This document shows positions 31,851 through 41,778 of a stretch of DNA of 64,000 nt, piece by piece. The number at the start of each line of letters is the position of its first letter. Position 1 is the first letter of the stretch. The position numbers were made by a program, and so were the translations under genes. The notes under the pieces were generated by a model. That model had not been told where the DNA came from. It ran no database searches and was given only the letters and a program-made list of their open reading frames with translations. Source of the stretch: an uncultured cyanobacterium (lineage in GTDB: Bacteria; Cyanobacteriota; Cyanobacteriia; Cyanobacteriales; CAWCAG01); contig CAWCAG010000009.1 of NCBI GenBank assembly GCA_963793425.1, forward strand, positions 128,001-192,000. The letters are read 5' to 3'.

Positions 31851-34076
31851 TCAATTGATAAACATCATTGCTGCTAGTTGATTTAACTTAGCTACTTGGG
31901 CTACTTTGTTTTGCCATTCTTCTTGGACTCTTTTACGATTAGCTAATTCTTTGAATTCTGGCCAAACCTGAATGCGTATTTCTTCGTCGCTTAAAAAGTC
32001 TTCCCACTCTCCGCGAATGTTTTTAGCATAAAGAATACGATCAGCAAATTCTTCTACCATGTAATAACGAACTTGGCTAGGAGCTTTTAACCAATTTTCT
32101 AAGGTTTGGCGACATTGGCTAATAACTTGTTGGTGTAATTTTTCTAAGTTAGAACGTACTTCGCTAGGGTTGGTTGGTTCAGTTAAAACTTGATTTTCTT
32201 CTTGATTAAGAGCATTTTCAATTGAGTTTAAAGGTTGGTCAACATCGGCTTGTAAATTGTCGCTAAGATGTTTACGAATAAAGCGTAATAAAGAACTGCT
32301 GTAAGAGAATTCAAAGTCGCCTAGGGTACGAAAGCCTAACTCTAATTGATTCTGTTTCTGCGCCAGCAAATCCGCCATTTCTTGGAGAAACTCTGTCCCT
32401 CGGCTAGGAATCAATTCTCCTAAACGTCCTTGCTTAATTAATACTTCTGCCACAGCAGTTTTCATCTTCTCGACAGATTTATTTAAACCTTTGTCAAGGA
32501 GGAGGAAGTGTTGAGATAAATGAATGCGTAATTCTACAATATAAATACGATAAACCGCTGCATAGGACTCTTTAAACTCTAAAGTACGGCTGCGATCGCA
32601 GATTTCTTGGTCTTGAGGAATACCTGAATCTTTAAGGCAGTTTTCCAAAGCATTTTCGACTGCTGTTTGAAAATCAAAATCAATGTCTTCACTTTTCGCT
32701 TTAAGTTCGTTCCTTAAATCGACTAAACCGTTAACAACATCTTGTAAAAGTTGGTTAAACAAAACCCTAAACTGGCTAGATTCCCGACCATATTTAGCTA
32801 AGGCGGGGCGAACAGTAGCTAATTCCTGAGCAATTTTTTCTTGTAGTTCTATTAAACGAGTTTGGCACTCTCTGGCGTAACGTTTATCTATTTCGTTAAT
32901 ATTAACAGCCAGATAATCCAAGACTAAATCAAAAACTCGATTAGCATCTTTAGGTTCAGAACAATCAGCAATTTCGCAACGGACAACTTGAATAGTATCA
33001 ATATTTTGTTGTAGGGTTTGACAAGCTTTGAGGTTATTAGTTCTTTTACTATAATTGAGAACCATAAAAGAGCGATTTTCTAAGTTATTTAAAGCTTGGG
33101 TGGCCGTATCATAAAGTTGTGTATCTACAGGTTGCCATTGATAACGCATGGGGTCAGGGCGACGAATGAACAGAACAACATCAACCTCTTTTCCCAGAGT
33201 TTTTAGGATTAACTTTTCGTCCCCTAAACGGGAATCTCCCATCCCAGGAACATCAACCAAACTAACTTTACCAACATCAGGATTTTCAAAGCGACAAAAG
33301 ATGACTACTTCCCTAACTGCTAGATGTTTAAAAGTTGTTAGTTTATCTTGTCCATCTCGTTTTTGAATGACATAATCTGGTATTTCTTCTTGCTTAATAG
33401 CAAACTTTTGTGGTTCCCCTGGCTTAATTAAGTAGCGATATTTAGAGAGATTTTGGTGATAATCTTCCTTAAGATGCTTATACATCTTTTCTTTGGTGGC
33501 CCCAAGAGAAGGCGGTTCAATAAAAGTTTGACTAGCAAACTCATCTAAACTTTGGGGTTTATTAGCCAAACCTAACTCATCGTAATAAAGCCAAATAACT
33601 CCTGTTAAAAAAGACTCTTCAGAGTGGAGAGTAACTTCAGCAACAGTATCTCCTGGTTGATTTTCAATAGTACTGCGTACCGCCGTACAAGCCCCCCCTT
33701 CCAAAGCAGGAATCTCTTTATCGCTCAATCCGCTTAAACTTTTTAATAAAGTACTCTTACCCTGCCCCATCAAACCCACCACACCAATATTTAAAGTAGG
33801 ACGAGAAAAGCGTTCCCGTAGAGTATTTAACTTTTCTACTTCTGTTTGAATTTGTTGCAACAAAGGAGAAAAATCGCCTTTCGATAACTGTTCTTTTACC
33901 TCAACTTCTCCCACAGAATTGGTCAAATTTTGACGATAACTTTCCAATTCCCGAATTGCGGTATAAAGTTCCCGTAAGTGCATCTCTACCCACTGTATTT
34001 CCTCAGCTAAGGGTCTACGCTGAGCGATAATACTTTCGATACGTTCTGCTCTAGTATTAGTGTTAGTGGGGTTCAT
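31851..34076 (-). CDS. Dynamin-like GTPase
   Basis: N-terminal helical region, G1 GLMGQGKS, G2-like ACTAV, G3 DVPG, long helical C-terminus. Confidence 0.75.
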   Translation of the reverse strand: MNPTNTNTRAERIESIIAQRRPLAEEIQWVEMHLRELYTAIRELESYRQNLTNSVGEVEVKEQLSKGDFSPLLQQIQTEVEKLNTLRERFSRPTLNIGVVGLMGQGKSTLLKSLSGLSDKEIPALEGGACTAVRSTIENQPGDTVAEVTLHSEESFLTGVIWLYYDELGLANKPQSLDEFASQTFIEPPSLGATKEKMYKHLKEDYHQNLSKYRYLIKPGEPQKFAIKQEEIPDYVIQKRDGQDKLTTFKHLAVREVVIFCRFENPDVGKVSLVDVPGMGDSRLGDEKLILKTLGKEVDVVLFIRRPDPMRYQWQPVDTQLYDTATQALNNLENRSFMVLNYSKRTNNLKACQTLQQNIDTIQVVRCEIADCSEPKDANRVFDLVLDYLAVNINEIDKRYARECQTRLIELQEKIAQELATVRPALAKYGRESSQFRVLFNQLLQDVVNGLVDLRNELKAKSEDIDFDFQTAVENALENCLKDSGIPQDQEICDRSRTLEFKESYAAVYRIYIVELRIHLSQHFLLLDKGLNKSVEKMKTAVAEVLIKQGRLGELIPSRGTEFLQEMADLLAQKQNQLELGFRTLGDFEFSYSSSLLRFIRKHLSDNLQADVDQPLNSIENALNQEENQVLTEPTNPSEVRSNLEKLHQQVISQCRQTLENWLKAPSQVRYYMVEEFADRILYAKNIRGEWEDFLSDEEIRIQVWPEFKELANRKRVQEEWQNKVAQVAKLNQLAAMMFIN

Positions 34077-34183
34077 TTACTCAAAATCTACTTAAAAAGG
34101 GAACAGTAAAGTAAATATGTTTGCGAAAAAGGGCATACTTAAGGTAAAGTTTGCAAGCAAAGAAAAAGATTGCTTTTTTGAGT

Positions 34184-35143
34184 ATGCCAGTGGATTTTAC
34201 AGTAGCTATACCTACTTATAACGGAGCAAAGCGTTTACCAGAAGTATTAGAACGACTGCAACAACAACTTAACCCAGATAAACTTAACTGGGAAATTGTA
34301 GTTATAGATAACAATAGCACTGATAATACTGCCCAAGTTATTCAAGCATATCAAGCTGATTGGCAACAGTCCTATCCTTTAAAATATTATCTAGAAACTC
34401 AACAAGGCGCTCATTTTGCCCGTACCCTTGCCCTTCAAGTAGCTTCTGCCCCTTTAGTGGGTTTTCTTGATGATGATAACTTACCAGAAACAAATTGGCT
34501 GACTCAAGCTGATCACTTTGCCAAAAACCACCCCCAAGCAGGGGCTTATGGTGGCAAAATTCATCCCCTTTATGAAGTTAAACCTCCTGCTAATTTCCAC
34601 CGCATCGCTTGTTTATTAGCCATCATTGATCGTGGCTCTCAACCATTGTTATATAACCCTCAAAACCGACTCTTGCCCCCTTCGGCAGGCTTGGTAGTAC
34701 GCAAACAAGCTTGGCAAGAATGTGCCCCTCCTCAACAAATTTTAGGAGGCAGAAATAAAGATAGTATGCTTACCAGCGAAGATTTAGAAATGCAATCTTA
34801 CCTACAAAAAGGAGGTTGGGAAATTTGGTACAATCCAGAGATGGTCATCAACCATAAAATTCCGGCTTGGCGCTTAGAAAAAGACTATTTAATTAATTTG
34901 GTGCGGGGTATTGGTTTAAGTCGCTACGTTACTCGCACAGTTACTTATAAACCTTGGCAAAAACCATTAATTTCTTTGGTTTATTTAATTAATGACTTGC
35001 GTAAGATTATGCTTCATTTACTTAAGTACAAATTCCAAGTCAAAACCGATCTTGTAGCTGCTTGTGAGATGGAATTGTTTGTAAGTAGTTTAAGTAGTCC
35101 TTTTTATTTATGGAAAAATGGTTATCTTAAATCAAGACAGTGA
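34184..35143 (+). CDS. hpsE: GT2 glycosyltransferase, HpsE-like (hormogonium polysaccharide family)
   Basis: DFTVAIPTYNG, DNNSTD, FLDDD, SEDLE and EIWYNP..HKIP..RL. Confidence 0.75.
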   Translation: MPVDFTVAIPTYNGAKRLPEVLERLQQQLNPDKLNWEIVVIDNNSTDNTAQVIQAYQADWQQSYPLKYYLETQQGAHFARTLALQVASAPLVGFLDDDNLPETNWLTQADHFAKNHPQAGAYGGKIHPLYEVKPPANFHRIACLLAIIDRGSQPLLYNPQNRLLPPSAGLVVRKQAWQECAPPQQILGGRNKDSMLTSEDLEMQSYLQKGGWEIWYNPEMVINHKIPAWRLEKDYLINLVRGIGLSRYVTRTVTYKPWQKPLISLVYLINDLRKIMLHLLKYKFQVKTDLVAACEMELFVSSLSSPFYLWKNGYLKSRQ

Positions 35144-35189
35144 CTTTCTCTAAATATTTATCCTGAAGCCAGCTCTTTATTTCAAAGTA

Positions 35190-36077
35190 TCATTTGCTGT
35201 ACTGCTGCTGAAGAAATTGAGTAAATAACTGAACCTTAGTAGAAAGGTGGCGATTGAGAGGATAAATCACACATAGAGTTAGTTCTGGTGGTTGATAGTT
35301 GGGTAAAATGATTTGTAATTTTCCTTGTTCTAACTCTTCTTTGACAATAAAAGTTGGTAACATCACAATGCCTAAACCTGTTACTGCGGCATTCCTCAAA
35401 ACTTCCCCATTATTGCAACAAAAAATCCCATCAATGGAGACTTGCTCTTCTTTTTTTTCACTAATTAATTGCCACTGACAACCTGTCGTTAAATAGCCAT
35501 AGTGCAAACAAGAATGATTTTTTAATTGCTGAGGAAGACTGGGCATTCCTTTTACTTTTAAATAACTAGGTGCAGCACAAATAACACGAGGAAGTACCGT
35601 AAGATGGTGAGCTACTAAACTAGGAGATTCTAGGGGCAAACCAATACGAATAACCAAATCGTAGCCTTCAGCAATGGGATCTACAAAACGATCTTCTAAA
35701 GTTAGTTGAATTTTAATATCTGTATAGCGGTTCATAAATTCAGCTATTTTCGCACCTAAAGAAGAAATGCCAAAAGACATGGGAGCATTAATTTTTAGTG
35801 TTCCCTTGGGTTCATTATGTTCTTGTGAGACTGCTAACTCTGCTTCTTCTATGCTGCTGAGAATCTCAATACAGCGTTGGTAAAAGGCTCGTCCATTATC
35901 TGTGGGTGTAACTTGACGGGTTGTACGATAGAGCAGTTGCACTCCTAAATGATTTTCTAAATTAATTACCAGCTTATTCACCGCAGAGCGAGATAGTTGC
36001 ATTTTCCGCGCCGCAGCAGCAAAGCCACCTTCTTCAACTACTTGGGTAAATGCTCGCATACTTTCAAACTTATCCAT
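35190..36077 (-). CDS. LysR-family regulator (CrgA/DmlR-like)
   Basis: HTH FAAAARKMQLSRSAV, LENHLGVQLLYRTTR and DLVIRIG. Confidence 0.93.
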   Translation of the reverse strand: MDKFESMRAFTQVVEEGGFAAAARKMQLSRSAVNKLVINLENHLGVQLLYRTTRQVTPTDNGRAFYQRCIEILSSIEEAELAVSQEHNEPKGTLKINAPMSFGISSLGAKIAEFMNRYTDIKIQLTLEDRFVDPIAEGYDLVIRIGLPLESPSLVAHHLTVLPRVICAAPSYLKVKGMPSLPQQLKNHSCLHYGYLTTGCQWQLISEKKEEQVSIDGIFCCNNGEVLRNAAVTGLGIVMLPTFIVKEELEQGKLQIILPNYQPPELTLCVIYPLNRHLSTKVQLFTQFLQQQYSK

Positions 36078-36078
36078 G

Positions 36079-36101
36079 ATTGTATACTTTTTGGATACGA
36101 T
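36079..36101. promoter_or_regulatory. Candidate LysR binding site
   Basis: Imperfect dyad ATTGTAT-N9-ATACGAT containing T-N11-A, adjacent to the LysR start. Confidence 0.45.
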
Positions 36102-36192
36102 GCGTCTCTAAAATAGCATATTGTCTTTTTAAAAGAACTACTTCATAATATAACTAAGAACAAATCATCTTAAAACTAAGGAGAGAACAGTT

Positions 36193-36894
36193 ATGATTAC
36201 TATTCGTCCTGCCGATGCAAGGGGTAATGCTAACTTTGGTTGGCTTGATAGCAAACATACTTTTTCCTTTGGTAATTATTACGATCCTCAGCAGATGGGG
36301 TTTGCCAGTCTGCGGGTTATTAATGAAGACAAAGTGCAACCAGCCAAAGGTTTTGGTACTCATAGCCACAAAGATATGGAAATAATCTCCTACGTTTTAG
36401 AAGGAGAGTTGGAACACAAAGATAGCATTGGTAACGGTTCGGTAATTCGCCCAGGGGATGTGCAACGGATGTCTGCTGGTACAGGGATTGCCCACAGTGA
36501 GTTTAATGCTTCTGCTACTGATCCGGTTCACTTTCTGCAAATTTGGATTATGCCAAATCAAGCAGGAATACAACCGAGTTATGAGCAAAAATACTTCCCT
36601 GTAGAAGAAAAACCAGGAAAGTTGATCCTGGTTGCTTCTCCTGATGGCAGGGACAATTCAGTAACGATTCATCAAGATGCTAATCTCTATATTGCTGCTT
36701 TGAACAACGGCGATCGCTTGAATCATAGCACTAACAGCAATAGATCATTGTGGCTACAAGTAGCTAGAGGTTCAGTAGAGATTAATGGTCAATTGCTTAA
36801 TAGTGGTGACGGTGCTGCCATAACCAAAGAAACAGATATTGCGATCGCCGCTACTAATGGTAATACTGAAATCCTACTGTTCGATTTAGCCTAA
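36193..36894 (+). CDS. Pirin family protein (YhhW-like)
   Basis: [34 protein letters not shown] and LQIW. Confidence 0.93.
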   Translation: MITIRPADARGNANFGWLDSKHTFSFGNYYDPQQMGFASLRVINEDKVQPAKGFGTHSHKDMEIISYVLEGELEHKDSIGNGSVIRPGDVQRMSAGTGIAHSEFNASATDPVHFLQIWIMPNQAGIQPSYEQKYFPVEEKPGKLILVASPDGRDNSVTIHQDANLYIAALNNGDRLNHSTNSNRSLWLQVARGSVEINGQLLNSGDGAAITKETDIAIAATNGNTEILLFDLA

Positions 36895-36937
36895 AACCCC
36901 AGCCCCCTAGCTCCCCAGCCCCCCACCTCCCTAAATA

Positions 36938-37813
36938 CTACTTACCCTTCTGAGGATTCTTCGCTTGCTCAATGGCAATTTCTTTCATGGCTTCAAAAGA
37001 ATTGCGGTTAGAAGTACCTTCAATAGCTTTCACAGCCAAATCTTGCACCTGTTTTAAAGCTGCATCCAGTTGTTTGCCTAAACTAACCAAACGTCCGGCT
37101 TGATTCTCTATTGTTTCTTCTAAAGCCTGCACTCGCAGTTGATAATTATGTCTTTCTCCTTCAATTTCTTTATTACGTAAATCGGACTTTATTCTTCCTT
37201 GGTAATTACCAATGTTACGTCCCTTTTCTTTACCATTCCTGATAGTTTTCTCTAACTCTTCTTGATGATTTTTAACCTCAAGTTCAACCTCCCCGTACCG
37301 TTTTTCTTGAGTTGCGATCGCCTCTTCCCTTTCTCGCCACTGGTTTTCTTGTTCTTGACTGCTTTCTGCTAATTCTTCTCTATTCTGTTTAGAATCAGTC
37401 TCGTAAACCTCTATTAATTCCTCAAAACTTTCTTCAGTAACTACTTCTATCTCATGCAATTCTTGTAACTGCTCTTTTTCTTGTTCAACTGTAGCCTGAA
37501 GCTTTTCTAAACTAGAAGCTTCAGCAATCAACTGTTCTGATAAATTACTAGCTGCCCCACCAAAACCAATTTGAATCAATTCTAAACTATTAATAGTTTT
37601 GTCGATGCCTTTTTGAGCATTATCAGCTTGTTTATTTTCCGGCTTGTCAATCCTTACTAAAGGAGGAGAAACTACTTTACCGTTAGTCTTATCTGCTTTA
37701 TCTTCATGTAACTGTTGTAACTCAGTTTCCAAGTTACTTTTCTCCTTATTCAATTCCTTAAAAGCAGACAATATTTCCGCTTTCGTATTTCTGGAACTCA
37801 CACGCTTAGCCAT
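36938..37813 (-). CDS. Coiled-coil protein B (probably with in-frame internal deletion)
   Basis: All-helical E/Q/K-rich protein, paralogous to the upstream gene; lacks about 70 aa present in the paralog. Confidence 0.7.
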   Translation of the reverse strand: MAKRVSSRNTKAEILSAFKELNKEKSNLETELQQLHEDKADKTNGKVVSPPLVRIDKPENKQADNAQKGIDKTINSLELIQIGFGGAASNLSEQLIAEASSLEKLQATVEQEKEQLQELHEIEVVTEESFEELIEVYETDSKQNREELAESSQEQENQWREREEAIATQEKRYGEVELEVKNHQEELEKTIRNGKEKGRNIGNYQGRIKSDLRNKEIEGERHNYQLRVQALEETIENQAGRLVSLGKQLDAALKQVQDLAVKAIEGTSNRNSFEAMKEIAIEQAKNPQKGK

Positions 37814-37833
37814 TATTTTCTCCTAGTTATTTG

Positions 37834-38677
37834 CTAATTATTAGAACTCTGAAAAGCTCTCATCGCCAACTGTTGCGCTTGATTGGTCGCAGCTTGTAAT
37901 TGTGCTGTCAACTCGTTCATTTGCTCAGCTTGTCGTTCAATACTTGCTTGCAAAGACTCTACTTTCAACTCATAACCTTGCTTAGCTGCCTCCCATTCTT
38001 TCTCAATCAAATTTGCCTTCACATTGGCTTCCCGTGTCGCTTCTTTTATGGCATCTTCCTTAGCTTTACTATAAGCTTGCTGTAATTCTTCAGCAAAAGT
38101 AGCAACCTTTTGTTCATTCTCAACAAACTCAGCCCGGTTATCAGTAAGATATTCTTCCCTTTCCTGCCAAGCTTTTTCTTTTTGTTGATTCTTTTGAGCA
38201 ATTTCTCTTTCCTGCTGCCGTTTTAACTCTTCATACTCATCCATCTCTATTTGGCGATCGCGCTCTATTTCATATTCATATTTTTCCCTTTCTTGTTGAC
38301 GAAATTTCGTTAACAATTCCTCCTCCATAGCTATTTTTTCAGTAAATTCTTGTTGTTCTTTTAACCAAGCTTTACGAACTTGAGCCATCTCCTTTTCTAA
38401 AGCTTCTTCTTGTTGCGCTGTCTTACTCTCCAACGCTGCCATTTTTTCTTGGTGTTCTTGCCGTAAAATATAAAGAGCATCAGCTACCAAACGTACTTTA
38501 CGAAGTTGTTCTAAATATTGGCTTTCAACAACAATTGCCTTACGTAAATCGTTTAATCTAATTGACTCTTCCTTCCTTAGTTGCTACCTTAGATTCTGTA
38601 TTTTTCTGTTCAGTAAAAAGCCGATTAAAAGCAGCCAGAATTTGCTCTTTACTGTCTTTGCGTACAGCTTGATTCAT
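37834..38677 (-). pseudogene. Coiled-coil protein A, split by internal deletion plus frameshift
   Basis: ATG at 38677 reads MNQAVRKDSKEQILAAF...VATKE. A +1 shift near 38570 gives EESIRLNDLRKAIVVESQYLEQLRKVRL, which runs into ORF 37834..38490. Confidence 0.8.
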
Positions 38678-38739
38678 AACTTGTTTAACCATGAATGATA
38701 ACTGGGAGAAAAAGGTGTTATGCAGGGTGAACACCTGAA

Positions 38740-38798
38740 TTGATGTAAAAATCAACTTTGTTGCCACCAGCATAACCTCATGTTGAATTTTTCGTCAA
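38740..38798 (-). promoter_or_regulatory. Sigma70-like promoter for the coiled-coil genes with two candidate operators
   Basis: Minus strand TTGACG-N18-TATGCT; TTGA-N8-TCAA at 38740-38755 and 38783-38798. Confidence 0.6.
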
Positions 38799-38838
38799 GC
38801 TATTGTAAAATATTCCTAAGCTTCCCAAGGTTAAAACA

Positions 38839-39192
38839 GTGAATCAGAATTTCGGTCAAATAATCCGCCAAGCCAGAAAGGACAAAGGCTATAGCCAAAG
38901 AGACTTAGCTAAGTTAGTTAAGCTAGACTTCACCTACTTATCTAAGCTAGAGAACAACCGTGCCGACTATCCCCCCAAAGAGGAAGTTATCCGTTCCTTA
39001 GCAGGGCAACTAGACTTAGATGCAGAGGAATTAATCTATCTTGCTGGCAGGGTTCCCCACGGTGAAGAAGACTTTCTCAAGGAAAACTACAAAGCAATGC
39101 CGTCTTTGTTCCGCAGAATGAAAGAAAATCCTGAGTTTGCACAGAAAGTGTTTCAAGAAGCAACCCAGGAGAATGATGGGGTGAAGAGATAA
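38839..39192 (+). CDS. XRE-family HTH transcriptional regulator
   Basis: FGQIIRQARKDKGYSQRDLA..TYLSKLEN. Confidence 0.92.
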   Translation: MNQNFGQIIRQARKDKGYSQRDLAKLVKLDFTYLSKLENNRADYPPKEEVIRSLAGQLDLDAEELIYLAGRVPHGEEDFLKENYKAMPSLFRRMKENPEFAQKVFQEATQENDGVKR

Positions 39193-39201
39193 TGAATTTC
39201 G

Positions 39202-39240
39202 TAGCAACTAGCAACTAGCAACTAGCCATTAGCAATTAGC
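39202..39240 (+). repeat. Heptamer tandem repeat (TAGCAAC)n
   Basis: TAGCAAC TAGCAAC TAGCAAC TAGCCAT TAGCAAT TAGC. Confidence 0.8.
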
Positions 39241-39277
39241 TTTTACCCCTTAAAAACGAAAGGGTATTAACATACCA

Positions 39278-39580
39278 GTGCAACCCCTCATTTGCCGCAA
39301 TGATAGCGAATCTCAAGGCAGAGAATGGCAAGCCCAATATTTTGCTAGTTGCTTACTTATGCCTCAGTATATCTTAGTTAAGATGCAAGAAGATAAAGAC
39401 TTAACGAAGTGGAGTCATCTTTATGAAATAGCTGAACAATTAGGGGTAACTATTTCCAATTTAACTCATCGCTTAAAAGATTTGGATTGGATTGAAATTG
39501 CTGAAGGTTCTAAACAGATTAAGTTAGGAGAAAAAAGGCCAACAAGACAGCTTTATGGGCGATCGCCCATGAGCAAATAA
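39278..39580 (+). pseudogene. ImmA/IrrE-family metallopeptidase, C-terminal remnant
   Basis: EWQAQYFASCLLMP motif and C-terminal HTH (IAEQLGVTISNL); no HExxH in the upstream sequence. Confidence 0.8.
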
Positions 39581-39742
39581 GTGCTGAAACTTAAGAAATA
39601 AAACAAAAGATAGTTTGGTTGCGAACAGACAAGGTTTCACTGAAGAGTAATAATCTGTTGGAAAAACTATTTTCAAGAGCGCAACTTTTCCACCCTATAC
39701 ATAATACCATGTCAAGGGCGCTTGGTAACAAGTAAAAATTGA

Positions 39743-41725
39743 TTACTGAAACCCTCTTGTATTAATTTCTTGCAAATGCTCACCAGGGTTTAACCCATTA
39801 GAAAAGGTACTATTACTTGGGGTTGTTGTTGCTGGAGAGAGAAAATAATTAAGATTACCAGACCTCAATTGCTGCAATTCTGCTTTCTGTTCTGCCCTTT
39901 GTTTTTGTTGTTCTTTTTCCACATACTCCACAATCTTTCTCATCGCAATTTGACCAGTTTCAGTATGGAGAGGGACTTTTTCTAAATAATGTATTGCTTC
40001 AGTAAAGTCACCTTCTTCTGCTAAATCGTAAGCTTTTTGCAAGAAAAAATCAGCTCGGATACGTTGCTTTTGACGATATTCCTCTAACTTTGGTTGTACC
40101 CTTGCTCCCACAGCACTATCAGCAGGTATCTTTTCTAAATAAGTGAGGGCAGCAGTAAACTCTTTTTCTTTTGCTAACTCAAAAGCTTTAGCCAATAATT
40201 CTTCGGCATTAGTTTCTAAATTAACTTCTGCTTCTTCTACTAAAGGGGCAAGTTTTTCTTGCCAAAAAGGGCTAGGAGGAGCTTTTTGCGCTTCTGCTGT
40301 AACTCGCTGCCATTTTTCTTGTTCAAAAGCTGTTTTTGCTGCTTCATACTGTACTTTTGCTGAGCGCCATTCCTGCTGCCATTTAGCTACTCTGGTTTGA
40401 GATTTTTTGTAAACAGAACTTTCTTGATTAACAGATTCTGCTAAAGAAATAGCTTCAGTTAAATCTCCGTTGCCATAGGCTTGTTCTGCTTCCCATAAAA
40501 CATCAACTCCAGAATCAGCAAGATTAGTATTAAATAAATAATGAACCCCAAAAGCGATGGCTAAAGCATTCACCGCTGCCATACCAACCCCTAAACTAGT
40601 AAGGACGGGGAAGAGTTTAAAAAGGTCAAGAAAACCAGAATCTAATAATTTAATGCTGTTATCGGTAAGTTCTGGCCAAGAAAGTTTATTATCTTCCTTT
40701 TGAGGCTTTTCCTGTAAGCTTGGTTCGTTTAATAATTCCTCTTCAAAAATAGTTTCTTCCGTAATTAAAAGCTGTTCATCAGGACGATGACCAGGAAAAA
40801 GCACGAATTGAGGTAAGTCTAACTTACATAAGGGTTCTAAGGCTGCAATAACCTCTTGGGCTGACTGATAGCGCTGTTGGGTATCATAACAAGTCATTCT
40901 GTCGATAATGGCAGCCAATTGGTTACTAAAACCAAGTTCAATAGCATTATCTCGACATAAATGTCGCCAACTAATTTTACCCGTTTCTAAGTTAAGTTGT
41001 AATCTAGCTGGATCTAAGCCAGTTAAAGCTTGAATAGCGATGCTACCTACAGAATAAATATCACTATTAGCCTGGGGCTTGCCTATTAATTGTTCTGGAG
41101 CAATGTAACCTAAAGGACTAACTGCTACTGTAGTTTTAAAAGGAATAGTATTAAAAGACTGTTCTGGTTGAGAAATATCGATTAATTGAGCAGCACCAAA
41201 ATCAATCAGAACTAACTTTCCATCCTGAGAACGTCGAATCAAATTGTTCGGTTTAATGTCACAATGAACAACCCCCTGATTATGAATAAAATCTAAAATA
41301 TTTAATAGGTTATGAAGCAAATTCAACACCTGACCATCACAACCCCAACCACCGCAATATTCCCTTAAAGGTAAATAAGCATCAAGGGGTTGACCAGCTA
41401 TTAATTCTTGGATTAAATAAAAACCTTGACTCTCTTCAAAAAAGGCTAAAAGTTGGGGAACTTGTTCATAACCTTTTAGCTTTTGCAAAACTTCTACTTC
41501 TTTGTAGAATAAGCGTCTACCCGTTCTTAATAAACTAGGATATTCTCCGACAGTTTTCCGATGCTTAACTACACATTTTCTGCTTGGGGAAGTGGTAATA
41601 TCTTCAGCAATGTAAGTTTGTCCAAAAGCACCAGCGCTAAGAACTTTGACAATTTTATAACGCTCTTTTAATAATTGACCTAATAAGGGATAATTAACTC
41701 TATCAGCTAGCAATTTCTTTCCCAA
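39743..41725 (-). CDS. Hanks-type Ser/Thr protein kinase with TM helix and helical extracytoplasmic domain
   Basis: LSAGAFGQTY, CVVK, HCDIKPNN, LIDFGA, GYIAPEQ and SDIYSVG. Confidence 0.9.
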   Translation of the reverse strand: MGKKLLADRVNYPLLGQLLKERYKIVKVLSAGAFGQTYIAEDITTSPSRKCVVKHRKTVGEYPSLLRTGRRLFYKEVEVLQKLKGYEQVPQLLAFFEESQGFYLIQELIAGQPLDAYLPLREYCGGWGCDGQVLNLLHNLLNILDFIHNQGVVHCDIKPNNLIRRSQDGKLVLIDFGAAQLIDISQPEQSFNTIPFKTTVAVSPLGYIAPEQLIGKPQANSDIYSVGSIAIQALTGLDPARLQLNLETGKISWRHLCRDNAIELGFSNQLAAIIDRMTCYDTQQRYQSAQEVIAALEPLCKLDLPQFVLFPGHRPDEQLLITEETIFEEELLNEPSLQEKPQKEDNKLSWPELTDNSIKLLDSGFLDLFKLFPVLTSLGVGMAAVNALAIAFGVHYLFNTNLADSGVDVLWEAEQAYGNGDLTEAISLAESVNQESSVYKKSQTRVAKWQQEWRSAKVQYEAAKTAFEQEKWQRVTAEAQKAPPSPFWQEKLAPLVEEAEVNLETNAEELLAKAFELAKEKEFTAALTYLEKIPADSAVGARVQPKLEEYRQKQRIRADFFLQKAYDLAEEGDFTEAIHYLEKVPLHTETGQIAMRKIVEYVEKEQQKQRAEQKAELQQLRSGNLNYFLSPATTTPSNSTFSNGLNPGEHLQEINTRGFQ

Positions 41726-41778
41726 CCCCCCAATATCATTTATCTTTTATCATTTATCATTGATCATTGTTGGCACTT

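Noticed and set aside
35190..36894. Divergent LysR-pirin pair as a novel system
   Set aside because: Widespread, known arrangement
38558..38773. 71-aa ORF as a separate gene
   Set aside because: Its 3' half is the N-terminus of the broken coiled-coil gene A, and its 5' half is promoter DNA
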